Part shown: in pieces, positions 9,791-18,845 of the stretch
Numbering within the stretch: the stretch's first letter is position 1
Layout of the letters: each line of letters begins with the position of its first letter
NCBI RefSeq assembly: GCF_000025945.1
Contig: NC_006138.1
Location: forward strand, 1,740,001 to 1,772,000
Direction: 5' to 3'
Source: Desulfotalea psychrophila LSv54
GTDB taxonomy: Bacteria > Desulfobacterota > Desulfobulbia > Desulfobulbales > Desulfocapsaceae
DNA: 32,000 nt
The notes under the pieces: model-generated
What the model was told of the DNA's origin: nothing
Databases searched by the model: none
What the model saw: only the letters and a program-made list of their open reading frames with translations
Position numbers and translations under genes: made by a program

Positions 9791-10067
9791 AAAAAGGGGA
9801 TTTTGTGCATCAGCATACCAAGCTGTTTGTACGAAGCATCCCAGCAGTGGTGTTTGTTTTTTGCATAGACGGCCTCTTGATTTAGTTCAAAAAAACCCGA
9901 GGCCTAAAGGAAGGAATAATAGATCTGTCCTGTCCCCTGGACGCAATACGGGCTTGGTGGTTGGCACTTTCAAACCTAGCAGGGGACAGGGCTTCTTACA
10001 AGGATAAATCAAAGAGATTGGCACTTTGCACTTTGATTACATACCAATTTGTCGCTGGAGGGTAGTT

Positions 10068-10583
10068 GTGATTACGAGAGAAACTAAACATCCAAGAGAT
10101 TACGAGGTGATGGATGCGGTGCTGGATCGTGGTGAAGCCACTGAATTAGCCCGTTTATTGTCATGCTCTCCACAGCTTATTCGTGGTTGGTGCCGGGCTC
10201 CTGAAACTGAGGCTGAATATACCACGGGGAGGTTTGGACCTCTTGCTCGTATTCGTACTCTCATTGCCATGATACGTGAGGCTGATGGTCGTCCTGATCG
10301 CGCCTTTCTCATTGGCCAGTATGTTGCCCTTCTTCTCGGTGGTGTTTTTGTTCCCACCCCTCCTGTTATTGAAAATGTGAATTCAGATGTGCTCAGCAAT
10401 GTTTCTCGCACAATGAAGCGATCGGGTGAGGCTATCGAGACCATCAGGATTGCATGGTTTGAAGAGAGCCCGGGCAAAATAACGAACCAGGAACGTGCGC
10501 TGTGTGTGGCCGATATCCAGAAGGCCATTGTTGCTCTTATCCAGACGCAACAGTGTATTGAACGACATTCAACTATTCGGTGA
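10068..10583 (+). CDS. Phage regulatory protein, CII-like position, unknown family
   Basis: ORF track starts at 10026, but ggaggg at 10057-10062 precedes GTG at 10068 in frame. HTH-like segment DRGEATELARLLSCSPQLIRGWCRAPE. Confidence 0.65.
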   Translation: MITRETKHPRDYEVMDAVLDRGEATELARLLSCSPQLIRGWCRAPETEAEYTTGRFGPLARIRTLIAMIREADGRPDRAFLIGQYVALLLGGVFVPTPPVIENVNSDVLSNVSRTMKRSGEAIETIRIAWFEESPGKITNQERALCVADIQKAIVALIQTQQCIERHSTIR

Positions 10584-10592
10584 GGGGGGATT

Positions 10593-10856
10593 ATGGGCGA
10601 GCGTGAATATAAAGAACTTAAAGCCGAGTTATCTGAGATCAGAGGGTTGTTGATGCAGATTACCAACAACGATCGGATGATCTCTATTGATGAGGCAGCC
10701 GTCTATATGGGTTGCTCTATTGCGACTTTGAGGCGCCGTGTTCAGTCAAAGCAGTTACGCAATTATGCACCACCTCGTAAGTCGTATCGATTCAAGGTGA
10801 GTGAGTTGGCCACGGCGAAGAGTGGCGGGAGAATATCAGCGCTATCTATTTTGTAG
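10593..10856 (+). CDS. Helix-turn-helix (MerR/excisionase-type) DNA-binding protein
   Basis: ISIDEAAVYMGCSIATLRRRVQSKQLRNYAPPRKSYRFKVSEL; RBS gggggga upstream. Confidence 0.7.
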   Translation: MGEREYKELKAELSEIRGLLMQITNNDRMISIDEAAVYMGCSIATLRRRVQSKQLRNYAPPRKSYRFKVSELATAKSGGRISALSIL

Positions 10857-11078
10857 ATGGGGCTTGATGTTTTCCCCGTGCCCCTTTCGTCGGTAGATCC
10901 GGCAGGAGAGAGGTTGATTGATCCCCTGCAACCCCTGGGTTCGAGTGATCTGGCAGAGAAGGGGCCTGTGTGAAAAATGTCCACGGGTCCTTCTGGGGAA
11001 AAATGAGTTAGCACGGGTGGAAGCAGCTCGACAGATGAGCCTGTGAAAATTTTTGGTTTGGTTGGAATTGTGGAATTT

Positions 11079-11117
11079 GCTGTATCCCAGTGCTGACGGG
11101 GGATACAGCGTTTTAGT
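11079..11117 (+). terminator. Strong hairpin, terminator/attenuator candidate upstream of the helicase gene
   Basis: Perfect 10-bp inverted repeat GCTGTATCCC (11079-11088) / GGGATACAGC (11100-11109), 11-nt loop, followed by gtttt. Confidence 0.5.
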
Positions 11118-11164
11118 ATAAAAAAAATTGATAGATGCAACGCTGGTAAGCAATCTGGCTTGAG

Positions 11165-12946
11165 GTGGTTTGCATCACATTACAAAGGATGGTTGTTAGG
11201 ATGGAGCATGAAATTATAGAAAGTAGTCAGGAGCTGATGGGTGATGAAGGCGAAGTGCTTTCTCCCGTTTTGCAGGATCTCGATTTTATCAGGGATTGTT
11301 TCGGTGCTAATGAGCGTGGTGATGGTTTGCTTCTTGCGGCAATTCTTAAGGATAGATACCTCTATGTCACAGCTCCTGACGATAAAGGGGAGTGGTACAA
11401 ATGGGTGGGCCATGTTTGGCAACTTGATGAGTTCGATACCACCGTTGATGTAGCTGAACAGGTGGCTTTGGCCTATGAAGAGTATGCCTTTCATGTAGAG
11501 GCACAGCGGGACCAGGAGTTGGCTAAGCTCGATGAAGAGCGCAACGAAAAAATCGCGATGATTAAGGCTGAGTGTGAAGAAGAGGACGCCAAGAAAAAAA
11601 TTGATACTCTTCTGCAGAAGCCTCTTGTTCCTCCCAAGTGGATGACCTCCACCATCAAAGATTATAACAAAAGGGCGTGGGTGCTGAGAAGCCGGGAACG
11701 AATTATGAAGGCGCGTTTCTTTGCCCCAAAAGTTGACCGTAGAATAGCCGCTATCTCCGATGATCTGGATCAAAAAAAATGGCTTCTTCCCTGCGCCAAC
11801 GGGGTGCTTGATCTTAAGCGCGGCCTTCTTATGGATGGTCGGCCTTCAGATCTGCTCACCAAGCAGATCGATGTTGCCTACAATCCCGATGCTGACTACT
11901 CCTTTTTTGAAGAGATTATAAAAGATATCTGTGTCTGCCCAGAGATTGAAGGCACCGATCTCCTGCCTGCCTTTTTGAAACGACTCTTTGGCTATGCCAT
12001 CACCGGTAACGTCAACGAAGAGTTTTTGGCAATTTTCATCGGGCCTGGACGAAACGGCAAAGGTACCATTCTTGAAACGATAACCAGTGTACTTGGTGCT
12101 TACTATCATCAGGCAAACCGATCTCTCTTTATTGAACAAAAATTTGAGCCACCACCATCGGCTACCTCCGAACATATGTATGCCCTCCAGGGCAAGAGGC
12201 TTGTTGTGGGAGCAGAAACCAACAAGGGCCAAAAAATTGATGGCGGCCTCATCAAGGGTATTACCGGTGGTAACAAGGTTAACTATCGTAAAAATTTTAA
12301 ATCTGAAAAGACGTTTACTCCGACTCACACCCTCATTCTTGAGACCAATAATATCCCTTACGGACTCACCAAAGAGTTCTCTCTTACCCAACGTTTAGTC
12401 CTGGTCGATTTTCCCTTTCGCTATGTGGATGATATCGAAGCAGAAGAACGGAAATACCCTGCACTCAAAGGCCGTTTTAAAAAGAAAAATAAGGATCTCA
12501 AGGCAAAGCTTAAGAGTCGGGAGAGTCGTGAGGGCGTTTTGAAGTGGTTGGTCGAAGGGTGCTTGGAGTGGGATGAGCATGGTCTGCTGATCCCAGATTG
12601 TGTCCTTCAGGCCCGGGAAGATCTCACCAAAAAAGAAGATTATATAGGTCAATTCTTAGGTGAAATTGTTGAGCACGTCCCTGATCGGGAAAATATGCGC
12701 ATGGAGTTTAAGTACCTGTATGAAGCCTTTCAATACTTCTGGAAGGATACCATCGACTCCCGGGATAATAAGGTGCCGCATAAGAATACCCTCTCCAAAG
12801 AGCTTAAGGAACGTGGCTACTCGCTTGAAAAAATAGGCGGGAAGCTCTGGGCCTACCACTTTCGAATTCGTCCTGAATTAGTTCATGGCGTGGCAGAGCT
12901 GGGTGCAATTGATGCGAAGGCCAGTAGTATAGCTGCCCTCTCTTAA
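11165..12946 (+). CDS. Phage/plasmid D5/P4-type SF3 helicase (without obvious primase domain)
   Basis: LLPCANGVLDLKRG (D5_N), Walker A IGPGRNGKGTILETI, GKRLVVGAETNKGQKIDGGLIKGITGGN, HTLILETNNIPYG. Start could be GTG 11165 or ATG 11189/11201. Confidence 0.9.
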   Translation: MVCITLQRMVVRMEHEIIESSQELMGDEGEVLSPVLQDLDFIRDCFGANERGDGLLLAAILKDRYLYVTAPDDKGEWYKWVGHVWQLDEFDTTVDVAEQVALAYEEYAFHVEAQRDQELAKLDEERNEKIAMIKAECEEEDAKKKIDTLLQKPLVPPKWMTSTIKDYNKRAWVLRSRERIMKARFFAPKVDRRIAAISDDLDQKKWLLPCANGVLDLKRGLLMDGRPSDLLTKQIDVAYNPDADYSFFEEIIKDICVCPEIEGTDLLPAFLKRLFGYAITGNVNEEFLAIFIGPGRNGKGTILETITSVLGAYYHQANRSLFIEQKFEPPPSATSEHMYALQGKRLVVGAETNKGQKIDGGLIKGITGGNKVNYRKNFKSEKTFTPTHTLILETNNIPYGLTKEFSLTQRLVLVDFPFRYVDDIEAEERKYPALKGRFKKKNKDLKAKLKSRESREGVLKWLVEGCLEWDEHGLLIPDCVLQAREDLTKKEDYIGQFLGEIVEHVPDRENMRMEFKYLYEAFQYFWKDTIDSRDNKVPHKNTLSKELKERGYSLEKIGGKLWAYHFRIRPELVHGVAELGAIDAKASSIAALS

Positions 12947-12952
12947 ACTCTA

Positions 12953-13281
12953 TCCTGCCATCCTGCGCCTGTCCTGTCGCTATCATGGCAACTATATTGT
13001 TGAAATAAATTGAAAAAATTGGACTAGCAGGACAGCAGGACAGCGTCTCCTTATACGCGCACACATAAGAGTTTTTAAAGCTTCTTTAACTGGCTTATAA
13101 AACTTCTCTTAGCTCTTTGTATAGAGACTTATATATCCTCTTATCCTGTTTGTTAATAATTATATGTAAAAATAAAGAGTTAAGAGCAGGATGAAAAAAG
13201 GATAGAGACAGGACAGCAGGATGGAGGAAAAAAAAGCAGGATAGCAGGATGACGAGGCAGGATAGGGGCAGGACAACAGGA
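12953..13281. repeat. Array of short CAGGA-based repeats, often as pairs spaced 8 bp (iteron-like)
   Basis: CAGGA at 13028, 13036, 13187, 13209, 13217, 13237, 13245, 13258, 13269, 13277; TCCTG (opposite orientation) at 12953, 12961, 12972. Confidence 0.75.
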
Positions 13282-13298
13282 TGAAAAAGGTGGAGATC

Positions 13299-14885
13299 AT
13301 GAATACAGAAAGCATAGTTCGAAAGATAGCAGCAGAGCATGGCCTTCGTAAAAAAGGCAACCGTTTCACCGGGCCCTGCCCAGAGTGTGGCGGATCCAAA
13401 ACCTCCGATAAGTTTTCTATCCTGCTCGATGGTGGTTTCAAATGTTACGCCTGCAATTTTCGCGGCGACATCATCACCTGGCTCCGAAAGCGGGAGAGCA
13501 TGAACTGCCCAGATGCTCATGATTACGCTGGCCGAGATTGCAGGCAGAAAGATTCCTGCCCTGCAGCAGCTCATTGCCGACTCGGTAATGGTTCAGCTCC
13601 TGCCACCAAGAGACGCCCTGCCTATCGTCGCCCAAGCAGGCCTCGCCAGGAAGAGGAGGTTCAGCAAACTCTGCCAATGGTGGAGCCTCAATACCCTAAA
13701 GCGGTTTGGGTAAGTTGGGCGGATGCTCTGGTACAGAAGGCCCACGAAAAACTTCTGGAGACTCCGGAGCAACTGGCCTATCTGGCATCTCGTGGCATTG
13801 ATGCCGAGGCCGTGGATCGTTTCTCCCTGGGTTGGTTGAGCCATCAGCAACAGGTTCTTAAGAACAAGATCGGCCTACCGGTTGATGAAGGTAAGGATAA
13901 ACTCTGGGTTCCGGAGGGTTTGCTGATTCCCATTTTTGATCAAAGTGGATCACTGCACCGTATTCGGATTCGCAGATCGCCGGAGGCCCGGGCCAAGTTT
14001 TTGCCAAATCTTAAATATAACTGGATGCGGGGGGCGGGCAATATGCCCATGGCCCTTGTTCCGGAGGGAAAAATTCGCGGTGCCGTGATCGTCGAGGCAG
14101 AGCTTGATGCCATGGCAGTCGCCTCGGCTCATGTAGATGTTGCGGCCATTGCCGTTGGTTCTCTTGGCTCTGGTGTTGATCCCGAGCTTGACCAGCTTCT
14201 CGAACAGGCGCCTGTTGTCCTGGTGGCCCTTGATGCCGAAGATAAGGCCGAGAAAGTTGCAGATATGTGGAAGGAGAAATATCGCCACGCCAAGTATTAC
14301 AAAACAACCATCGGCAAAGATCCAGGTGAAATGTTTGCCGCCGGCGGCGATCTTCATGCCTGGATTGAAAGGGGACTGCCTCTGCAACCATCACGTCCTC
14401 GTTCTACCCCAGCTCCTGTCCCAAAGCAGGACGAAGCCTTTCTCCCTGCGCGTAAGCTCAACAGGGGGGGAGGGGGAGCGCAAATAATAGAGCCTTCGGC
14501 AAAGGCATCTATAGACTCGGATGTTGCCTGTCCCCAACCTGAAAAGATTAAGGGCCCTGTCGTACCTTCCAACTCAAAATCATTCTCCATGACCCTGCCC
14601 AACGGCACCGTTATCTATGTGGTTCCGTCTAAAGACAAGGAATGGCAGGAGCTGACGGATCAGGGCCTGCCCGTTTTCACGGCCTATGAAATAGATAAGC
14701 TGGGCGCGGCTGTCTCCACTATGAACGACGAAGAGAGACTCAAGGCGGCCACGGCCGCAATAAATATAAAAACAGTATTCGGCGGTTACATAAGCCGAGG
14801 CGAGGCAATCGAAGCGGGTGAGGATGGCGGTGATCCTTGCACGCAAGATGGGCCTGAGAAACCCCAGAGCGCAGTGAGACTCTAG
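13299..14885 (+). CDS. Phage primase with N-terminal zinc ribbon and Toprim domain
   Basis: CPECGGSKTSDKFSILLDGGFKCYAC zinc ribbon; VIVEAELDAMAVASAHVDVAAIAVGS ... VLVALDAEDKAEKVADMW Toprim-like. ATG 13299 preceded by ggtggag; the track start is 13281. Confidence 0.85.
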   Translation: MNTESIVRKIAAEHGLRKKGNRFTGPCPECGGSKTSDKFSILLDGGFKCYACNFRGDIITWLRKRESMNCPDAHDYAGRDCRQKDSCPAAAHCRLGNGSAPATKRRPAYRRPSRPRQEEEVQQTLPMVEPQYPKAVWVSWADALVQKAHEKLLETPEQLAYLASRGIDAEAVDRFSLGWLSHQQQVLKNKIGLPVDEGKDKLWVPEGLLIPIFDQSGSLHRIRIRRSPEARAKFLPNLKYNWMRGAGNMPMALVPEGKIRGAVIVEAELDAMAVASAHVDVAAIAVGSLGSGVDPELDQLLEQAPVVLVALDAEDKAEKVADMWKEKYRHAKYYKTTIGKDPGEMFAAGGDLHAWIERGLPLQPSRPRSTPAPVPKQDEAFLPARKLNRGGGGAQIIEPSAKASIDSDVACPQPEKIKGPVVPSNSKSFSMTLPNGTVIYVVPSKDKEWQELTDQGLPVFTAYEIDKLGAAVSTMNDEERLKAATAAINIKTVFGGYISRGEAIEAGEDGGDPCTQDGPEKPQSAVRL

Positions 14886-14964
14886 GTGGCTACGCCACTA
14901 TGGATGGAAAAGAACTGAATCAAGGCGGCTATCGCCGCTATAGAGATAAAAAGGGGAATAAAAA

Positions 14965-15300
14965 ATGTTTGAGATAAAAGATGTAGCCGAGCCTGTAAAA
15001 ACAAGAAGAGTGGTTTCTCTTGCTGGTAAAGATATCGGAACCCTTGGCTTTACCAACGATACCTCAAAATATCATGCCGTTCTGCGCCTTGACGATTTCA
15101 TGGGATGGAGCAGTGCCCTGAGCTCTCTTGGCCAGCCCGATTGCCTCTCCTGTCTTCTACAGGGCCTGGGCGATACTGAGGAGGAGGCGATTAAAGATGC
15201 CTTTACCCAGGTAAAGTCGAAAATGGAAAAACTGGCGAGTGGGGTAGACAAGCTTCAGTCTGCCTTCTTCGAGACTGCCGGGGCAGGCCATGAGTCTTGA
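14965..15300 (+). CDS. Hypothetical phage protein
   Basis: 111-aa ORF in operon orientation. Confidence 0.55.
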   Translation: MFEIKDVAEPVKTRRVVSLAGKDIGTLGFTNDTSKYHAVLRLDDFMGWSSALSSLGQPDCLSCLLQGLGDTEEEAIKDAFTQVKSKMEKLASGVDKLQSAFFETAGAGHES

Positions 15301-15679
15301 AGCCATCATCCCCGATGAAGAGCTGCGTAGGAGAGTTGAAGGCCTGAGCAGAGACGAACTCTTGCTTCTGGTCTGTGAGTTGAGCAAAAGCTCAGGGGAA
15401 CAAAAGAGAGAACCTCTGCTGACTATGACAAAGGTGATTGAGATGACAGATAAGGTGCAGGGCCAAGAAGTAAAAAAGAAAAGATACCTGGTTCTTTCAA
15501 CGGATCCCGAAGAAGCACTGCTTCAAATTGCAGACTGTATCGAAAAAAAGATGGTCTTGAAAGGACGTACCTATCCTCCAGGAGGCGACAAGAGGGCTTG
15601 CCAGGGATTTTGGCAGGATATTGGTTTTATCTACGATCTTCAGGCGATTGCTCATCAGATAGAAGAAAGACGTCAGTAA
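15290..15679 (+). CDS. Hypothetical phage protein
   Basis: 129-aa ORF overlapping the previous gene by 11 nt, consistent with translational coupling. Confidence 0.55.
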   Translation: MSLEAIIPDEELRRRVEGLSRDELLLLVCELSKSSGEQKREPLLTMTKVIEMTDKVQGQEVKKKRYLVLSTDPEEALLQIADCIEKKMVLKGRTYPPGGDKRACQGFWQDIGFIYDLQAIAHQIEERRQ

Positions 15680-15696
15680 AGAAATGGGGGGGGAAT

Positions 15697-16023
15697 ATGG
15701 GGGACGTGACGAGTTATGTAGATAGGGCTTTTGGGAAAGATATTTTTGAAAAAACTTTAGAAACAGAATTCGAAGAAAGCTTTACTGAAGATTTCTTGGG
15801 GTTCAGGCAAGAAGAAATTGAGAGTATGTCAAAAGGTCAGTTACTGAAGAGAGTAATTGAGCTTGAAAGAAGAGACTATGTAAATGGGGCAATGGGAGAT
15901 GTACTTCATTTTGCTGTCAGAGATTTGTTCTTTAATCATTTCGATTATGACGGAACAGATTGGGATGATGCCTTTAAAGAACGAATTTTACGGAACGTTT
16001 ACAGTTGTTATTTAAGAAGCTAG
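15697..16023 (+). CDS. Hypothetical phage protein
   Basis: MGDVTSYVDRAFGKDIFEKTLETEFEESFTEDFLGFRQEEIESMSKGQLLKRVIELERRDYV...; in-frame start at 15697 after a G-rich RBS rather than the upstream track start at 15598. Confidence 0.6.
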   Translation: MGDVTSYVDRAFGKDIFEKTLETEFEESFTEDFLGFRQEEIESMSKGQLLKRVIELERRDYVNGAMGDVLHFAVRDLFFNHFDYDGTDWDDAFKERILRNVYSCYLRS

Positions 16024-16096
16024 GGAGGGAGAGGGAATGTTTGAGAAATGAAAAGAGGATGGGACTGTTGTAGGGCCTGTTGCGCAGGAAGAGGCA

Positions 16097-16246
16097 ATGG
16101 GCCTCGTTGGTGGCCGCCCACGTGGTAGTGACTATATGGAGCGCATAAGACAGCTCGCCAACCAACGAAGAAAAGCCGCCAGACCAAAGAAAATCCGCAA
16201 GCTGTTGCCGGGCGAGGAAAATCAGCTTCGCCTGCCGGGAATGTAA
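16097..16246 (+). CDS. Small basic protein upstream of terminase (49 aa), not in supplied ORF track
   Basis: Manual translation MGLVGGRPRGSDYMERIRQLANQRRKAARPKKIRKLLPGEENQLRLPGM*; aggaagagg RBS before ATG. Confidence 0.45.
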   Translation: MGLVGGRPRGSDYMERIRQLANQRRKAARPKKIRKLLPGEENQLRLPGM

Positions 16247-16293
16247 ATATATGCTGTAACCGCGATAAATAATGTGGAAAGGGAACAAGTAAA

Positions 16294-16869
16294 ATGACCG
16301 ACACCCCCAGCTGGCAAAACTATACCGAGACAAATAAAAAAGCCGATGTGCTGCGCTATCTGCAGGAGACGGGTTGGCAACTCAGAAAGCAGACCTTCTA
16401 CAACCACTGCGGGGATGGCAAACTCAAAAAAAACAGATCCGGTCTCTACTCAAAACAGGCCGTGAAAAAATATGCCGAAACATGGCTGGTCCATATCGGT
16501 TTGGGCAGCACGGTGGGCGAGGCGGAGGAGAACCTTGCCAAACAGAAGACCAAAAAAGAGATTGACCGGATCACCACCTCGGAACAGCACGAGCGCTTTA
16601 AACTCGATATCCTCCGGGGTAAATATATTGAGCGCTCCAAGGTAGAGCTGGAACTTGCCAGCCGTGCCGTGGTGCTCGATCACGGCCTGGACTATCTGAT
16701 AAAATCCAACGTGGCCGAGATGGTGGCCCTGGTGGGCGGTATGGCCGACAAGACAACCCTGCTGCTTGATTTTCTTCTGAAGAAAAAAGATGCACAGCTC
16801 TCGCACTATGCGAGTATCGATGATTTTACTGTAAACCTGCAAATAGAGAGCGAGGTGGAATCGTGCTGA
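16294..16869 (+). CDS. Putative terminase small subunit
   Basis: Position immediately upstream of, and 7-nt overlap with, the large terminase gene; N-terminal DNA-binding-like region (ADVLRYLQETGWQLRKQTFYNHCGDGKLKKN...GLYSKQAVKKYAETW). Confidence 0.65.
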   Translation: MTDTPSWQNYTETNKKADVLRYLQETGWQLRKQTFYNHCGDGKLKKNRSGLYSKQAVKKYAETWLVHIGLGSTVGEAEENLAKQKTKKEIDRITTSEQHERFKLDILRGKYIERSKVELELASRAVVLDHGLDYLIKSNVAEMVALVGGMADKTTLLLDFLLKKKDAQLSHYASIDDFTVNLQIESEVESC

Positions 16870-18836
16870 GTCCCCCCAATGTGAAGATGTTCCAGGTGAA
16901 GAATATGTCTTATATCCCGGAGAGTCTGCAGAAGACGGGTTTCTGCCATACCACCTCGTTTTCTAAGGCGGAAAAACGGGTCCTGCGCAAAAAAAAATGG
17001 CAGGCTCCGAGTGAGTGGGCCCCAAAAAACAGGAAAATTGTTAAGGGTCAGCTTGCCGGCAACTATCTCAGCCTTGATATCACCCCCCATCTGCGCGGGA
17101 TCATGGATGCGGCCGTGCTTCCCTTTGTCCGTCGTCTGCATATTATGGCTGCACCGCAGACCGCAAAGACCACCCTGATAGATACCATCATCGCCTGGGC
17201 AACCATCTTTGCCCCTGGTCCTGCGGTCTCCTTTTATCCCGATGAGGTAACGGCCAAGAGATCCATGAAAGAGAGACTGCAGCCCATGGTTGCCGGTTCT
17301 CCCTCTCTGTCCCGTCTGCGTTCGGGCCATCGGGACGATTTCACCAACACCTCCATGGCCCTCTCTTCCATGACCTGGGAGGTGGGTTGGGTAGGTTCAA
17401 CCGCTCAGACCGCCGATAGATCCCTGCGCTATGTGGATATGCAGGAGGTGGATAAACCAAGTTATGGGGGGAGTAAGGAGGAGACCGGCGTGATCGAGCT
17501 GCTGCTGAAACGTCCCAGGGCCTATGGTGATACCTACAAGGTCTTCATCTCATCTTCACCCACCACCGAGGCGGGCAATATTAACATGATCATAGAGAAG
17601 GAGACCGAGGCAGTCTTCCTGCAATGGGTGCGCTGTCCCCACTGTCATGAAGAGGTGCTGATGCTCTTTAGCCACGACACCTTCCACTGGCCCCACGATG
17701 AGGAGGGACACAGTATTGACCGTAAAACGATTCTCAGTAAAAAGCTTGCCCGTTATATCTGCCCCGAATGTGCCGCCCTGTGGGATGATAACGATCGCAA
17801 TAAGGCCATTCGCCGTGATGTCTGGCGCCTGCGAATGGTGGATAATAAGGGCGAGACCCTCTATGAAAAGGGGGAGGAAATGTTTCGCTATCTGCAAAAG
17901 CACCGGCCTGCCTCCATCGGCTTTATCGTCCCCTCCTGGACAAGCTATATGGTCAGCCTCTCCGAGGTGGCCCACGACTTCCTCCGTTCCGTGGATAAAA
18001 ATATCAGTGCCGAAGAACGTCTCAAGGCCCTGAAGGATTTTAAAAACGGCCACGAGGCAAAACCGTGGAAACCGGAGATCGTAGAACGGGCGGAAGCGAG
18101 TCTTCTCCGGCTGAAAAATGATCTCCCCGCAACCGAGGTACCGGCTCAAGGGGTGGCAGGTCTCTTTGCCGGGGTCGATACCCAGGACGATGGTTTCTGG
18201 TACTGGGTCATGGCCGTGGGTTATGGCAGGGCGCCGGAGCGTTGGCTTCTTCGCTGTGGTTTTGTCTTCACCTTCGAGGCCGTGGTTCAGGTGCTCTGGG
18301 GCAATGAGTACAGGGATAAAAATGGCAATATCTATCCCGTTCATCTCTCCCTGCAGGATGCCATGGGCCATAGAACCTCGGATGTCTACGATTTCTGCGC
18401 CTCCCGTCACGGTCAGATACTACCCACCAATGGTCAGCAGACCATGGCCACCCCATACTCCACCAACGATGTCGAGTTTTATCCTGGTAGTGATAAGCGC
18501 AGGTTCCCGGGGGCGCTAAAGAGGGTGCGGGTCAATACCACCTACTATAAGGATAAGGCCGATGGCATTCTCAAGATCAATCCCGGTGATCCCGGGGGCA
18601 TCTCCTTTTATAGCGAGGTCTCCCGGGGAGATCTGCTACAGCTCTGTGCCGAAACACGAAATGAGAAGGGCTTTTGGGAGCAGATCGGGCAAAGAGATAA
18701 CCATCTCTGGGATTGTTTCTGTCTGGCCCTCTGTGCAGAGGATGTGGCCGGTGTCCGCTACTGGCCAACACCGGAAGAGCAGGAAGAGATGAGTGATGAT
18801 TTAGTGGTTGAAGATTATGCCGCAACACTGGGCTAA
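16863..18836 (+). CDS. Phage terminase large subunit, lambda GpA-like
   Basis: MAAPQTAKTTLIDTIIAWA (Walker-A-like), EVTAKRSMKERLQPM, RSLRYVDMQEVDKP, GLFAGVDTQDDGFWYWVMAVG nuclease-like motif. Confidence 0.92.
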   Translation: MLSPPNVKMFQVKNMSYIPESLQKTGFCHTTSFSKAEKRVLRKKKWQAPSEWAPKNRKIVKGQLAGNYLSLDITPHLRGIMDAAVLPFVRRLHIMAAPQTAKTTLIDTIIAWATIFAPGPAVSFYPDEVTAKRSMKERLQPMVAGSPSLSRLRSGHRDDFTNTSMALSSMTWEVGWVGSTAQTADRSLRYVDMQEVDKPSYGGSKEETGVIELLLKRPRAYGDTYKVFISSSPTTEAGNINMIIEKETEAVFLQWVRCPHCHEEVLMLFSHDTFHWPHDEEGHSIDRKTILSKKLARYICPECAALWDDNDRNKAIRRDVWRLRMVDNKGETLYEKGEEMFRYLQKHRPASIGFIVPSWTSYMVSLSEVAHDFLRSVDKNISAEERLKALKDFKNGHEAKPWKPEIVERAEASLLRLKNDLPATEVPAQGVAGLFAGVDTQDDGFWYWVMAVGYGRAPERWLLRCGFVFTFEAVVQVLWGNEYRDKNGNIYPVHLSLQDAMGHRTSDVYDFCASRHGQILPTNGQQTMATPYSTNDVEFYPGSDKRRFPGALKRVRVNTTYYKDKADGILKINPGDPGGISFYSEVSRGDLLQLCAETRNEKGFWEQIGQRDNHLWDCFCLALCAEDVAGVRYWPTPEEQEEMSDDLVVEDYAATLG

Positions 18837-18845
18837 GGGGAGAGC

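Noticed and set aside
9871-9904. GGCCTC...GAGGCC as a rho-independent terminator
   Set aside because: The 22-nt loop and missing 3' U-run on either strand make it a poor terminator; kept only as part of the structured intergenic finding.
14011-14394. Long antisense ORFs over the primase, terminase, portal and capsid genes (e.g. 14011-14394, 17556-18410, 29579-30505)
   Set aside because: They mirror the opposite strand of confidently assigned coding sequence in GC-rich DNA; no independent support.
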